Shown here: piece after piece, positions 14,171-31,670 of the stretch
Position numbering within the stretch: the first letter of the stretch is position 1
How the letters are laid out: each line of letters begins with the position of its first letter
From: the human T2T-CHM13v2.0 reference genome, Homo sapiens
Length of the DNA stretch: 64,000 nt
Reading direction: 5' to 3' (one strand)
Assembly (NCBI RefSeq): GCF_009914755.1
Contig: NC_060926.1
Made by a program: the position numbers and the translations under genes
Notes under the pieces: generated by a model
Told to the model about the DNA's origin: nothing
Database searches by the model: none
What the model saw: the letters and a program-made list of their open reading frames with translations, nothing else

Positions 14171-14924
14171 TTTCGCCGCTCCTCCCCCTCCCCTTACTCC
14201 GGCTCCTCCAACCTCCTCCCCTTTTCCCGACTCCCGCCCGACTGCGCAGCCGCGATCCCGGAGGGAGCGCGCCAGGCCTGGCGCGCACCCGACCCCTTGC
14301 GCGTTCCGGCTCCGCGCGCCTGCCAGGCCGGGGCCGGCGGCGGAACAGCTTGGGACCCGAAACGCCTCGGCTTTTCTGCGGACCCGCGCCCGGCCGCTGC
14401 TGCCGGACGCTTGAAAAGGTTTGCCTGGCCCAGGGACCGGGGTTAGGACTAGCAGAAAGTGGCTTCTTTTCGTTTCTGATTCCCCTAACGACAAAGTTGG
14501 ACCTTGGTCTATCTGGTCCCAGTTCCAAGCAGGTAGCATAGTGGTAATATCCAAGACAGCCAATGTCCCAGCCTTTATTATTTTAGAAGCAGCTACATGT
14601 AGGATACCATGGAGTGCTGCAGCCTTTCTGGGATTGCGGGGAGGGGTCACTAAACACACCGTGAGGAAAACCCCCAGGAAAAGTGAGCTGTGCTTGCTTG
14701 CCCCTGTCACCGACACTCGGACCCTTGGAGTTGGCCTGCCAGGGTGCAAAGGAGGGCAGGCCAGGAGGGCCGCGAGGGAGGTGTGTGCAGTGGGCAGAGC
14801 GTGAAAGCTCCGGGAGGAAAACACGCGGAACAGCTGCCCACCATCCCGCGTGGGAGGCAGGCAGAGCGCAGAACTAAAGCAGTGATTGACCTCCCTCTTC
14901 GAAGAGGGTTGGATTATCAAAGAC

Positions 14925-15028
14925 GGGCGGGGACTGCGCAGGCTGTCAAGCAACCCTGTAAAGAAGGGGTGGAGAGTGGACTAGATCTATTACCGCACCT
15001 GAAATATAAACACGTGACGATCCGGAAG
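14925..15028. promoter_or_regulatory. Motif cluster: GC box (14925-14932), TATAAA (15005-15010), E-box CACGTGAC (15011-15018), ETS CCGGAAG (15022-15028)
   Basis: Direct motif matches at the distal edge of the CpG island. Confidence 0.5.
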
Positions 15029-15920
15029 CTCTTTAGCTGTGACCTTACCTACCCAAAAACCCCACCCTGCTTAAGACCCAGATTGCGCGTCTTACATCTG
15101 AGCTATGTGGACTCCAGCTCCGATTGTTAATACTTGCCCAAGAAAGCTTGAGGGTAATGGAAGGTTATTTTTCTGTTCTCATTGAACTTCCCAATAGACA
15201 TTTGCAGGAGCTTTAATCAATTAGGTGATGGCCACTTTGGCAATACCACGTTGGAGTTTTGCTTCAGAAATGCTTTCCTAATCCCCTTAGGCACCACACC
15301 TTCTAACCACTAATATTCCCTAATACCTCGTGGCTCCTGAGAAACTAGGTCTCATCAAACCTGTTAAGGATAAGTATAATAAATTAATAGTAGAGCAAAC
15401 TACTTAGAGTTAACTGCTTCATACTTTTTCAAAAAATCTTTTGAATCCTTTTGCTCATAGGAAAATTGCATATGTACTAAATTCTCAAATTGTTTACTTT
15501 GAGTATCTGTTGACTAAATTGATGTTTGAAAATGGTTATCTCTTCACCTATATAAGTAGCCTTTCAGTTGTGTAATTTTTAATTATTAAATTTTAAAGCA
15601 TCAGTAATATGAAAGTATCACTTAAATTATTGCCTTAGGAGTGCATATCATTGAATATCTTCTCGATGGATCTACCTTCAGGCTCTGGTATCTTGAGAAA
15701 CTCCTGACTATAAATGTTATTCCATAGCCAAAGGTCTTGCTTTTGCTTGTTTAAGGTACTTGCCCAGGACCCAGATTACAGGCCTTCCTTCAGTTTGTCC
15801 ACATTTGGAGAATTGTTTGGCATGTTTAGGCCAAGCGCAAGAATAATTAGCCAAGGATTCAGATAAGCAGACCTGACAAATTATCCCAAATGGAAGCCAG
15901 GTCTGCTCTTTTCCTCTGCC

Positions 15921-16224
15921 TTTTTTTTTTTTTTTTTTTTGAGAAGGAGTTTCGCTCTAGTTGTCCAGGCTTGAGTGCAAGGGTGCAATCTCAGCTCACT
16001 GAAACCTCTGCCTCCCGGGTTCTTAGCGATTCTCCTGCCTCAGCCTCCCAAGTAGCTGGGATCACAGGCATGCAACACCACACCCAGCTAATTTTTGTAT
16101 TTTTAGTAGAGATGGGATTTCTCCTTGTTGGTCAGGCTGCTCTTGAACTCCCGACCTCAGATGATCCGCCTGCCTCGGCCTCCTGAAGTGGTGGGATTAC
16201 AGGCATGAGCCACTGCACCCGGCC
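15921..16224 (-). mobile_element. AluS
   Basis: Full dimer; TSD CTCTGCCTTTTT. Confidence 0.95.
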
Positions 16225-16829
16225 TCTGCCTTTTTAGTGCCAGAAAGCCAAATTCTCAGGACTGAAAGCTGCACAAGAAAGTTCTAATGACTTCAGTGTT
16301 TTGTTTGCTGAGATTATCGTCTGTCCAAATAACTTTGCATTTGCATCACTAATAGACTGCTTTCAAAAGGAAAAGACATTTCAGTAGGGCTAGAACAGTC
16401 TTTAAAGTTTTGTCTGTTCCATTTTGGCAGGGCCAAGCTAGTCCTTTTGAGAAGAGATGAATTTCCATGTAAGGGCCTGATTTGCCATGTGGGTTACAAC
16501 ATAAGTAAAACAACTGCTCACAAAGAAAATATTTTGTTTTTTGTAATATATGCATGTGGCCAATTCCAGTGCCTTTTCCCCCTGTTCTAACAATCCTCAG
16601 TTTTGCTAGAAGTAACACTAATGATCACACTTTCCTAGAATCAGAGAAAGAGCTTCCCTCTTCTATGATTAGAAGCATTCTTAGAAGTCATCTAATCTTT
16701 TTAACTCAGGAACTGCTTCTACAGCATCTCTGCTGGATTTGCTGCTGCTTGAATACTTTCAATAAAAGGTGACTCATTGCTTCCCAAAACAACCCACCTC
16801 GTTGTGATACAGTGCTAGTAAATGATCAT

Positions 16830-17080
16830 AATAACTAGGAGAAAAGTAGTAATTTCTAACATTGCTAAGTGCTTACAAGATACCAGGAATGGAGCCAAGT
16901 ATTTTTCATGTGTTATTTCATTTAATTCGCACAACAACCTAATGACATAGGTAATATTATCTCCATTTTATGAGGCACAGACAGATTAAACTGCTCAAGG
17001 TAACACAGAAGGCTGAAATTTGAACAAAGGCAGTATGACACCAAGGCTAGATTCTTAGCCACTAGTCTATACTCTGCTTA
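16830..17080 (-). mobile_element. MIR
   Basis: CACAACAACCT...TATCTCCATTTTA...GAGGCACAGA. Confidence 0.75.
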
Positions 17081-17298
17081 TATACAATATACTGTAAAAA
17101 ATTTCTCTTATGGTAAGCCAACCTCTACCTCCCTGTAATGTATTTAGAGGCAATGATTATTAGATTCTGGTGGTATTGAATACAGAAAAGAAAAGCCACA
17201 ATGCCTTCCCTCAAGGAGTTGACAGTCTCATAAATAGTGTGAGAAGCACAGAGAAGGGACATTAATGCAGACGGGAGGAAGATTTAGGAATGACCCCT

Positions 17299-17608
17299 TG
17301 GCTGGGCGCAGTGGCTCATGCCTGTAATCCCAACACTTTGGGAGGCCGAGGCGGGTGGATCACCTGAGGTCAGGAATTCAAGACCAGCCTGGCCAACATG
17401 GTGAAACCCCATCTCTACTAAAAATACAAAAATTAGCTGGGCGCGGTGGCACGTCCCCTGTAATCACAGCTACTCGGGAGGCTGAGGCAGGAGAATCACT
17501 TGAGCCGGGAGGTGGAGGTTGCAGTGAGCTGAGACTGCACCATTGCACTCCAGCCTGGGCAACAGAGGAAGCGTCCGTCTCAAAAAAAAAAAAAAAAAAA
17601 AAAAAAAA
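17299..17608 (+). mobile_element. AluS
   Basis: Full dimer; TSD AGGAATRACCCC. Confidence 0.95.
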
Positions 17609-18177
17609 GGAATAACCCTAAAGCTGAACCTTGAAAAATGCATAGGCAGACAAGGGAAAGTGGTGCATGACAGGCTGGCTGCTTAGCGCCTTGAAGCACC
17701 TACCCGTTTAAGCATCACACAGCAAGGAACACAAGAAGGCCAAGATAGGCAGCAGTCCCCACCTGCCAGCATGTCCAGGCCATCCTTCTATTGCCCCATC
17801 CCCCATGGGTTTCTGGCTTAGGAACCCCTTGATCCCCTGCACAGGCTCCCAATTTCATCCTCGACCTCTTGTCTGACAACTCACTGGAGCCCCTTCTTTG
17901 GCCTATTAACCTCAGCCCTCCTCATATAACATAACCACCACTCACATTTTCAGTACATTAGCTGCTCTGGAAACAGGATACTGAGCAAGCCTTAGCTCAA
18001 AAAAATGCCAGAAGCAGGTCATCCACCAGGGGAGGAAAATCACACAGAGAGCATGTATGTGAAATAATATGGCACATACAACAGACAATTGTGCTTAAAT
18101 TCTGAAGACAGAGGGAGATGGTGGCAATGGAGCTAAAAAAATCAGGTTTCTTTTTTTAATTAAAAAATTTTTATTTA

Positions 18178-18473
<296 letters not shown>

Positions 18474-18942
18474 TTATTTATGTATTTCATTTCTCCCGAG
18501 CTTTAAATTGAGGCATAATGGGCAAATAAAAATTGAATGTCTTTACAGTGTACAATGTGATGTTTTGATATATGTATATGTTTTGAAATGATTACTACAG
18601 ACCAGCTAGAAAAATTTACTTACAAAATTCAAACATGCTTAAGAAAAATTTATACTTTTTTTAAAAAGTCAGAAACTGTCTTGTGAGGAGCTGGTTTTCA
18701 GGTGGGTTATCATATGTTTAAGCTGCAGAGACTTCCAAAAGGTTATACAGCCTTACCTAGTACAGCTCTGAACCAGGCTACCTAGGTTTAAATCTTATCT
18801 CTGTTCCCTGACTGAAAAACCTTGGGAAGTTATTTAAAACTATAGCTGTTTTGATTAATCAAAAAGAAAATACATGGAAAAGTAGTGCCTGGCACTATAG
18901 TAACCCCACAAAATATTAATTATTATTATTTTGAGTGTTCTT

Positions 18943-19258
18943 TTTTCTTTTTCTTTCTTTTTTTTTTTTTTTTTGTTTGAGACAGAGTTTTGCTCTTGTT
19001 GCCCAGCCTGGAGTGCAATAGCACAATCTTAGCTCACCGCAACCTCCGCCTCCTGGGTTCAAGCGATTCTCCTGCCTCAGCCTCCTGAGTAGCTGGGATT
19101 ACAGGCATGCGCCACCATGCCTGGCTAATTTTGTATTTTTAGTAGAGATGGGGTTTGTCCATGTTGGTCAGGCTGGTCTCAAACTCCTAACCTCAAGTGA
19201 TCCGCCCACCTCTGCCTCCCAAAGTGCTGGGATGACGCATGAGCCGCCGCACCCGGCC
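18943..19258 (-). mobile_element. AluS (Sp/Sq-like)
   Basis: Full dimer with T-rich tail. Confidence 0.95.
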
Positions 19259-19750
19259 TATTTTGGTTGTTGTAAAGACATTCTAAAGATGCCAGTCTTA
19301 TAATGTCAGTTCTAAAGATGACAGTCATGGAGATGGAGATGAAGATATGATTTAGGAAGCAATTACGATAACATATATAAGAGACCCTGAATTAGGGTCT
19401 GGAGTGCTGAGAATGGAGAAGAGAGAAATAACACAGGAGATAATTGGGAGATGGAATGCATAGGCTTGGGGAAGTGAGGAAGCAGGTGGAGACATTAGTG
19501 ACTTGCAGGCTTATGGTATAGGCAATTGGGAGGGTCATGATAGCATTTGCCATGATAAAGGGAACTGGTATAATTTGGTAGAGAGTTTTTGTACTGGGTC
19601 AAAGTAGATGATCTGTTTTGTAGCTAAGTTTGAAGTGCTCAACTGGAAATATAAAATTAGTGATAAAAATGTGGATCTGAAATTTAGAAACAATATCAGG
19701 GCTAATATTTAGATTTGAGGAGTCATACTTCAGAAAAATTTATTGGGCAT

Positions 19751-20120
19751 TGATATGGTTTGGCTGTGTTCTCACCCAAATCTCATCTTGACTTATAGTT
19801 CCCATAATCCCCACGTGTGATGGGAGGGACCTGATGGGAGGTAATTGAATCATGGGGCCAGTTTCTCCCATGCCATTCTCATGATAATAAAGTTCTTAGA
19901 AGATCTGATGGTTTTATAAGGGGCTTCTCCTTCGCTCCACTCTCATTCTCTCTCCTGCTGCCATGTGCAGAAGGACATGTTTCCTTCCCTTTCTGCCATG
20001 ATTGTAAGTTTCCTGAGGCTCCCCAGCCATAGGGAACTGTGAGTCAATTAAATATCTGTCCTTTAAAAATTACTCAGTCTTGGGTATGTCTTCATAGCAG
20101 TGTGAGAATGAACTAATACA
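19751..20120 (+). mobile_element. THE1 solo LTR (MaLR)
   Basis: TGATATGGTTTGGCTGTG...GAACTAATACA; 5-bp TSD GGCAT/AGCAT. Confidence 0.92.
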
Positions 20121-20327
20121 AGCATTGATCATGTGTCAAACACTATATTAGATTATGATGATGCAATAGGGCATGGTCTCTGAACTTGAATTGAGAATAC
20201 AGAGAAGTTCTCAGTGAAAACTTCAGAGAGGTACAGGGAAGTAGAGCCAGAAGGAAATATTAGATGCCCCTGGGGCTAATAATTTGGCTCTTTTTCAAAC
20301 CAATATATGCTTTTTAATTTTCTTTAA

Positions 20328-20625
<298 letters not shown>

Positions 20626-20782
20626 TAAACCAGTATTTTAAAAAACAGGTACTCAATATTTATTTACAAAAAAGGGAGAGCTCTGCCTTGCTGTGGGTGG
20701 AGCTGGGAGTTCTCACGTGTCAACTTTCAACCACTCTTATTCTGAGCAATTTGGCTCAGTTCTCAGATTTGCATACCCCCAA

Positions 20783-20995
20783 TAGTGTTTCTCAATTGAG
20801 GTTTTATTAGCATTTTGGGTGGAACAATTTTTCCTTGTGTGGGACGATCCCCATGCATCATAATATCCCTGTCCACCCCATGTCAATAGTGCTCCCAGCC
20901 ATACTGACATCAACAAAAATAGCCACACACATTTTTGAATGCCCAAGGTTTGGCTGGGAGGGTGGGAGTGTGAGTGGTTGGATTGAGAATGTTTG
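20783..20995. mobile_element. hAT-Charlie MITE (MER3/MER20-like)
   Basis: TAGTGTTTCTCAA ... TTGAGAA terminal inverted ends. Confidence 0.6.
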
Positions 20996-21849
20996 CTTAG
21001 CATCTCCCTTGGGAGAACTGTCACCCACACCAATCTGTTTATCAAGGTATTTCTTTCTATCTCATACAGTATATTTGCTGAGAGAAGTTCTGATATGTAA
21101 AATATTATCTGTTTTATTACATTTCCAATGTCCAAATGATGTTGTTTCACTGTCCTCCATAGATTCACAGCCAACATTCCGCTTCCACCTGCCCCTTATC
21201 ATATACTTCCTGGGACTACTTAGGAGAGCACCCAATGTAGTCTTTGTAAGTTTTAAAGTCTTCACAGAGGAAGGAACATCTCAGCAGATGCTTAAAAGAC
21301 AAGTAGAAAATTAGCCAGGCAAAAAGGTACACTCCACGCACACACACAAAACCTAGTTCTGTTTACGGTGAATGTGGTAACAGATGAGGCTGGAATGGTA
21401 AGCAGGAACCAGTCCATGATGGAACATATAAATTGTGTTAAATGATTAGGATTTTTCTCTTTTTTTTTTTTTAACTGAGAACAAAAGGGAGCTATTGATG
21501 AGTTTTTGGCATGTGAATAACAAGATCTTATTTGTGACTTGGAAACATTTCACTAGCTGCAGTATGGAAAATGAATTGGAGACAGGTGGCAAGACTAGAG
21601 ACATGATATGAGAATAATCAGGAGACCTTTGCAATGGTATAGGTAAGAGAAAATGGTGGCCTGAATTAACATCTGGAGTGCATATCAACATACAGTGATG
21701 GTAGTATTTGAAATTGTGGGTTGAGATTAATTCTCATAGGGAAAATGTATGGAATAGGCAGAAAATGGGTTCCTACAAAACCCCAACATTTAGGGTGTGA
21801 GCAAAGTAAGGGAATTTAGCAAAAAAGGCCAAAGAGGTGGGACCCAGTG

Positions 21850-22290
21850 TGATATGTGGTAATGGAATTGTGTGGCACCTATTGGAATGAACAGTCAGGT
21901 TTCCCTCCAGGGAGGTACCGGCCGTATGGGCTGTGATTAGCTGACAGCCTCCCACCACCATGCCTTTGGGATCTATCACAGCATTTACACAGAGGTCTCC
22001 CTCTCTCTAGATCCTCCCAGCCAATGCCTGAGCATGGCTATTGCTTTCCAATGTAGTTTCTTCCGATGGGCAGTCTTTGCTCTGGGGTCCCCATTGGCCT
22101 AATTGAGCCTTTCTCAGAGCCGCCACGCAGATAGACTCTACCCAATTCTTCCTTCTCCTATTCCCTTTATGGTATTAAGATGTGGTATTAAGATGTGGAT
22201 TGCAATCTGACATTCTTCCCTCCTACTGCTACTTTTCCTCTTTATCCTTCACAAGTGTTTTCACAGATTTCTTGCACTTCAATTCAATCT
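21850..22290 (+). mobile_element. ERVL LTR (LTR16-like) inside L2
   Basis: GATTAGCTGACAGCCTCC motif and pyrimidine-rich 3' part. Confidence 0.5.
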
Positions 22291-22439
22291 TACTATCTAC
22301 TGAAGTAGTACAAATTGTATCAATGAAACAAAAGAGGAAATTTTAAGGAGAGTGGATCAACACTGTTAAATACCAAAGAGAGACTGGGAAAGAGGGGGAC
22401 AGAAAAGTATCGTTAGTTGTCATTATGGAGATCAATGCT

Positions 22440-23000
22440 AACCTTAACTATCAAAGTTCGTATTTTCTCTTCTGCTATTGTGTCTCCTCTTAGTTATATT
22501 CTCCCAAATCCCCTTCAGCCTTTCTCATACATCATGAACTCTATACATCTCATCTGGACCCCTTCGTATGGACACATTTAACTTGTTAATATCTTTCAGA
22601 GTAAACTCTGGCAAAGAATTGAGCTCAGTATTCCAAATGCAGTCTGGTCACTGTTTACTATGGGGGGATTGTAACTACCTATTACTGGAACGCTTTATTA
22701 TAGCCTAAACTTTTATCCAATTTTTTTATAGCCCAACAAACTCAGGGTCACTGTACTGCTCGATTCTGGGAGATGCCATTCATACTGTTATCTATAATTC
22801 TAAAATCCTCAACCCCTACCTGGCCCCTTGGTCCTGATGAAGAAAAATCTCCAAAAATCATATTTGCCCTCCTCTAAGATCATCACAAGTGTTCTTGAAC
22901 CCACACTGTCATAAAGTGTCAGGGACAAGAAACCTGGTCTCAAGCATCTCACTGTGAAGTTTCTGCCCTGACATCAATCTAACAGGCTAGATGTTATCTT
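22440..23000 (-). mobile_element. CR1/L3 fragment
   Basis: CAGTATTCCAAATGCAGTCTGGTCA resembles L3 antisense. Confidence 0.45.
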
Positions 23001-23221
23001 CTCATCCCCAGGCAAATATAACACCAACAACAACAAAACCGAGCACCCAGTACCTGTATGTTATATTGCTACCAGGTGAGATCTTGAAAACACAAAAGAA
23101 TTATCTAGACGAGAATCTTTCATCTTCTTGGGAAGCCAAGATTTTAAATGATATCTTTTCAGACTCATTCAGTCCTGGAGGGTACAGGCTACATCAAAAA
23201 TAGGCAATAAAATCTGGTCCT

Positions 23222-24961
<1,740 letters not shown>

Positions 24962-25490
24962 CTGAAGAACGCTAAGGAAGTACACGCTGCTAAGGGACAG
25001 ACCGAGGGATGGTTGAGATCATTTTTTTAATAAAATCTTCCTTATATTTATCTGTTATCCCATGATATATTAGAGCATAGTGTTTCCCTGATTCCATTTT
25101 ACATAACATCCAGCCTAGAATTCCCCTCAGATGCCTCTGGTTAAGAGGTGTTGCCCTGTGTCCTAGTTCCCAAATACAGAGCGCTGTTGGGCCAGACCGA
25201 CCTGGCCCAGAACAAATATAGTCACATACATTGTGTTTGCAGAGTTGCTCACTGCCCCAGAGTCATATCCTGCTGGCCTTTTCACTAGAAGCTTTATTGT
25301 ACGTTATTATTTTCTCCTAGGAGGACTTCACCCCTGCACAACAAAACCTGTATAATAGTAAAGCAAATCTATTTGTAGATTTAGAAAGTTCATCTTTTTT
25401 GAAAAAAATCATCCACTAATTTGGTTTAAACCTGGATTGGAGTTTTTCTTTCTCAAAACAGATTAAAACTGGAAATAAAAGCTCAGTTAA

Positions 25491-26444
<954 letters not shown>

Positions 26445-26550
26445 TTACTCCTATTCCCTGCTCACAGTTCAAGGTCAATGGGAAGATAACTCTTTTCTCA
26501 AACTGACCCAGATCTCTGCACCGGGAAACAGATCCGTTTGCTGGGTCTGA

Positions 26551-27278
<728 letters not shown>

Positions 27279-28574
27279 CAAAAAAATATATCTTTACATT
27301 AGTAGTTAAACATAAATTAGTAGTTAAATTGTAGTATGACCTCTCTCAGCTAGGCATTTGATGCTATCAGGATAGTTTTAACATGTGGTGATGGAATAAT
27401 TGTTTTCCTTGTAAAAGAAACAAAAGGAAGGAAATTCATGAAAGTTTCCCCACCACTTTGTATTTTATTTACAAATGGTTAAACTTGTAAATGAAATTTG
27501 TGAATAGCCTCTTTCAAATTTAAGCGTGGAGCTTCTTATGGTCAGTCTGTGTCTATCTCAATGTCTGGAAATGTTTGTATGAAACTGTACTGCCTAAAAG
27601 CATAACACTTTTTCATTGCTGATGCCAGTATTTAGGGTTTATGTATCCTCTCACCTAAGGAGAGCATTATTCTGTCATTCCACATAAACTCAAAACACCT
27701 ATCTGCAAATCTGAGTGCACTCTGTTGTCTGCTATATGGTGTGCAAGCTCTTAATTAGTCTCTCTTGCCCCAGTCTCTTCCTCTTCTTATGATAGCACAC
27801 CTGGCCAATAAACATGCTTCCAGAATGCCAACAATGGAAATATGGAAGTTCCGAGGTGAAGCTAAATTTGGAATAAATGTGAGTTTACATTTAGACATGT
27901 TGACTTTGAGGAAATAAGAGGGCATTCAAGGAGGAGCTATTACAAGGATAATGACAGATTCTGAATACGAAGTATAAGAGGGTAAATTGAGCCATACAAA
28001 TAGAGACCATAGATGGAGTCATGAGATTTATGAATGGGGTCTGAGGGTGTAGAGCAATGTGAGCAACCTTCTTTCTTTCTTCTTCTTTTTTTTCTTTTTA
28101 AACAAGGGGCTCTTAAAAGTAACAGAGGTGGGTGGACCTTATTTTTGTAAACATTGAAAGTGAAAATAATGTCACTGAATTCAATGACAAAAATGTGTGC
28201 TTTAGGATGATTTCATGAAGTATGACTATTCTTCCTCCAGGCAAGTGTTTTCTGGCATTTCCTTGGTACATATCTGGCGTGGGATTTAAGGGATGGATAG
28301 TGGAGGTCCAAGTGGAGAACTGAGAGAAGAAGGGGAACCAGAGAAGAGCTGTCAACTTTCAAAATGTTGGAAGAAGGAAGAAGGGAGAAAATAAGCAAAA
28401 GTTCAGCAAACTGAGTACTTGTGAAAGAGATTGTGGATTTATGTTTGAGGACTAAAGAGAATAGAATAGAACTCAAGTGTGGCTTTACAAAATGAATGGG
28501 TTCCTCTTTGATGTTTTTTTTTTCAGAGTTGGAAGTAAAGGTTAGAATACCTTTTTAAAATTACTGTGTATCTT

Positions 28575-28890
<316 letters not shown>

Positions 28891-29534
28891 ACAAAATAAC
28901 TACATATCTCTATATGTGGCTCTGAGCAGAGTCTCAGGCATGTGAGACTCCAGGATTTATTAGGGCTACAAGAAGAATGCCAATGAGAAACTTGGCAATG
29001 CTTCTTTGAACAACTAAAATGTTATCTGGTCATATCTAAGATGTCACAACACAGAAGCAGCTTTCTAATCTTTTATAACTTAATTTGCATGGCTCTTTAG
29101 AGTTTATAAATGTCTTCACATTTATATCTTATTTTATCTTTGGAATGACTTCCTGAATTATTATCATCCATAATTTATAAATGGAGAAATTGAAGCTTAG
29201 AGAAGTAAACTAGAAGCATATCAGAGTTTATAATTAGTTCCAGTCAATTTAACATCTACTGAGCCTTGATCTGAGTTTCAGGTTGTACTAGATACTGGGG
29301 ATGCAAAAGTTAATAAAATGTGCAACCAGTCCTCAACCATTACACCATTACTTTCTTTGCTTTTCCCAAATTCTCTCCCAGAGGTTTGATATCCACCCTT
29401 CCCTTGGGTTGGGCCGGTTCATAGTGAGATACAATACTGAGCGTCACCTACACAAACACCAGCTTATAGAAAGTATTGGCTCCAGGGTACTCTGGAAGTT
29501 CCACACCTATGATGTAGTTAGCAGAATTGCAAAA

Positions 29535-30350
29535 GTGGTTCATGCCTGTAATCCCTATGCTTTCGGAGGCCAAGTCAGGAGGATCGCTTGAGGCCAGAAG
29601 TTTAAGGCTATAGTGAGCCATTAGTTGTGCCACTGTACTCCTGAGCGAGACCCTGTATCTAAAAATGAAAAATAAAAACAATTGCAAAGGTAAAGAAGAT
29701 CAGGGAACTCTTATACAACCACATTAGAAGGCAATTCAGCAAAATCTAATAAGCTAAAGATATCTTTATCTTACAATCTAGCAATTTCACTTCTCCGTGT
29801 AGAAACTCTCCCTTAAACATACAAGGAGATGGGTAAATGAATGTTCATTGAAGTATCATGTATAACAGAAAAATAATTGGAAATGATGTAAGTTTCCATC
29901 CACCTGAGAATGGATAAGTAAATTGTTTTGTGATCACACAGTGAAATACTACGGATTAGTTAAAATGAATGAACTAGAACTGGAACTAAAATATGCATAA
30001 ATCTCAAAAAATGTAATACTGAGTGATAAAGTAGCAGAAAATACATAAAGTATGCTACTGATTACACTAAGTTTAAACACATGAAACAATACTAGATATT
30101 TCTATGTATGATAGGCATTTTAGAATATCCATGGTAATAATAAAAAAGTCATATTCAAGGTAGTTGTTATATCCTGTTGAGGAAAAAAAGATTATCATAT
30201 AGCGTGCAGAAGGCTTTAGCTGATTCACTTCAAAAAAAAGAATCTGAAGCAAATATTACACAAGTTAATACTTGACAAAGGTGAGTAGGGAGAAAAAAAG
30301 AGGTTGTTATTACTTTCTGTATGTTGATGCTTGAAATATTTCATTTAAAG
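29535..30350 (+). mobile_element. Alu fragment (29535-29680) followed by L1ME 3' end
   Basis: Short Alu with deletion; L1ME motifs CTAGCAATTTCACTTCT and GAATGGATAAGTAAATTG. Confidence 0.7.
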
Positions 30351-30540
30351 ATGTATATGGCTCCTAGACTTTGGAATTCTTGGCTTTTGTGATTTTTTTT
30401 ATGTGTGTGTGTGTGCAGGATTTTCTTTTTTTTCCTCTTCCCATGTTGAAATTCCATCCATTCTTTGATAACTAGCTTGTCTCACCAGCTTATTGAGAAT
30501 TTCCATGATGGCTTTGTCAGTTCACAGTGTGTTCTCACTT

Positions 30541-30896
<356 letters not shown>

Positions 30897-31369
30897 TAAA
30901 CTTCTCTTGTATATATGTTTGTATCGCTAGATTTTTTTGATGTTGTTGGTTAAATATATATTGTCTTGCGTTACTATTTGACTTTAATATACATAAATCT
31001 TGTTTCTCCAATTATATTGTAAAAAGTCTTCAGAGCAGGGACAATGTCTTCAGCTTTGTTCATTCTTCCACAGTGCCCAGCAGAGCCTAACCAAATACTT
31101 ATTAAAGTAAAGTGGTATTTTTACCAATAATTATAACTCTTCCTACAAAACCTTTACATAGAAAGTTTAAAATAATAATTTGAGCTACATTTGCTTTTAT
31201 TTTCCCAGAGAGAGAATGCTAACGAGCTGTGAAATGACCAAAGATCTGGCAGCAGAAGGGAAAAGAAAAAATAATGGGTTTGTATATTATACATTCTGGA
31301 TAATCAGCTCTTGAATGATTAAGTGTGGAATACGTCTTACGGGGAAAAGCAGATTTTTAATACTCATTT

Positions 31370-31670
31370 TGTCCCGGCGCGGTGGGTCACGCCTCTAATC
31401 CCAGCACTTTATGGGAGGCCGAGACAGGCGGATCACGAGGTCAGGAGATCGAGACCATCCTGGCTAACACGGTGAAACCCTGTCTCTACTAAAACTACAA
31501 AAAAATTAGCCGGGCTTGGTGGCGGGCGCCTATAGTCCCAGCTACTCAGGAGGCTGAGGCAGGAGAATGGCGTGAACCCAGGAAGTGGAGTTTGCAGTGA
31601 GCCAAGATCGCACCACTGCACCCCAGTCTGAGCGACTGAGCGAGACTCCGTCTCAAAAAAAAAAAAAAAC
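31370..31670 (+). mobile_element. AluY
   Basis: GAGATCGAGACCATCCTGGCTAACACGG diagnostic; TSD ACTCATTTT. Confidence 0.95.

Larger units (their letters stand above)
13300..15100. promoter_or_regulatory. CpG island / bidirectional promoter
   Basis: Abrupt rise in GC and CpG density relative to AT-rich flanks. Contains GC boxes, CCAAT, ETS and YY1-like motifs and spans exon 1. Confidence 0.93.

Noticed and set aside
13487-14953. Long ORFs of 319, 309, 283 and 201 aa across the CpG island
   Set aside because: Low-complexity Pro/Arg/Gly/Ala translations in several frames, as expected from stop-codon scarcity in very GC-rich DNA. No domain. Only the 32-codon kinase exon is supported.
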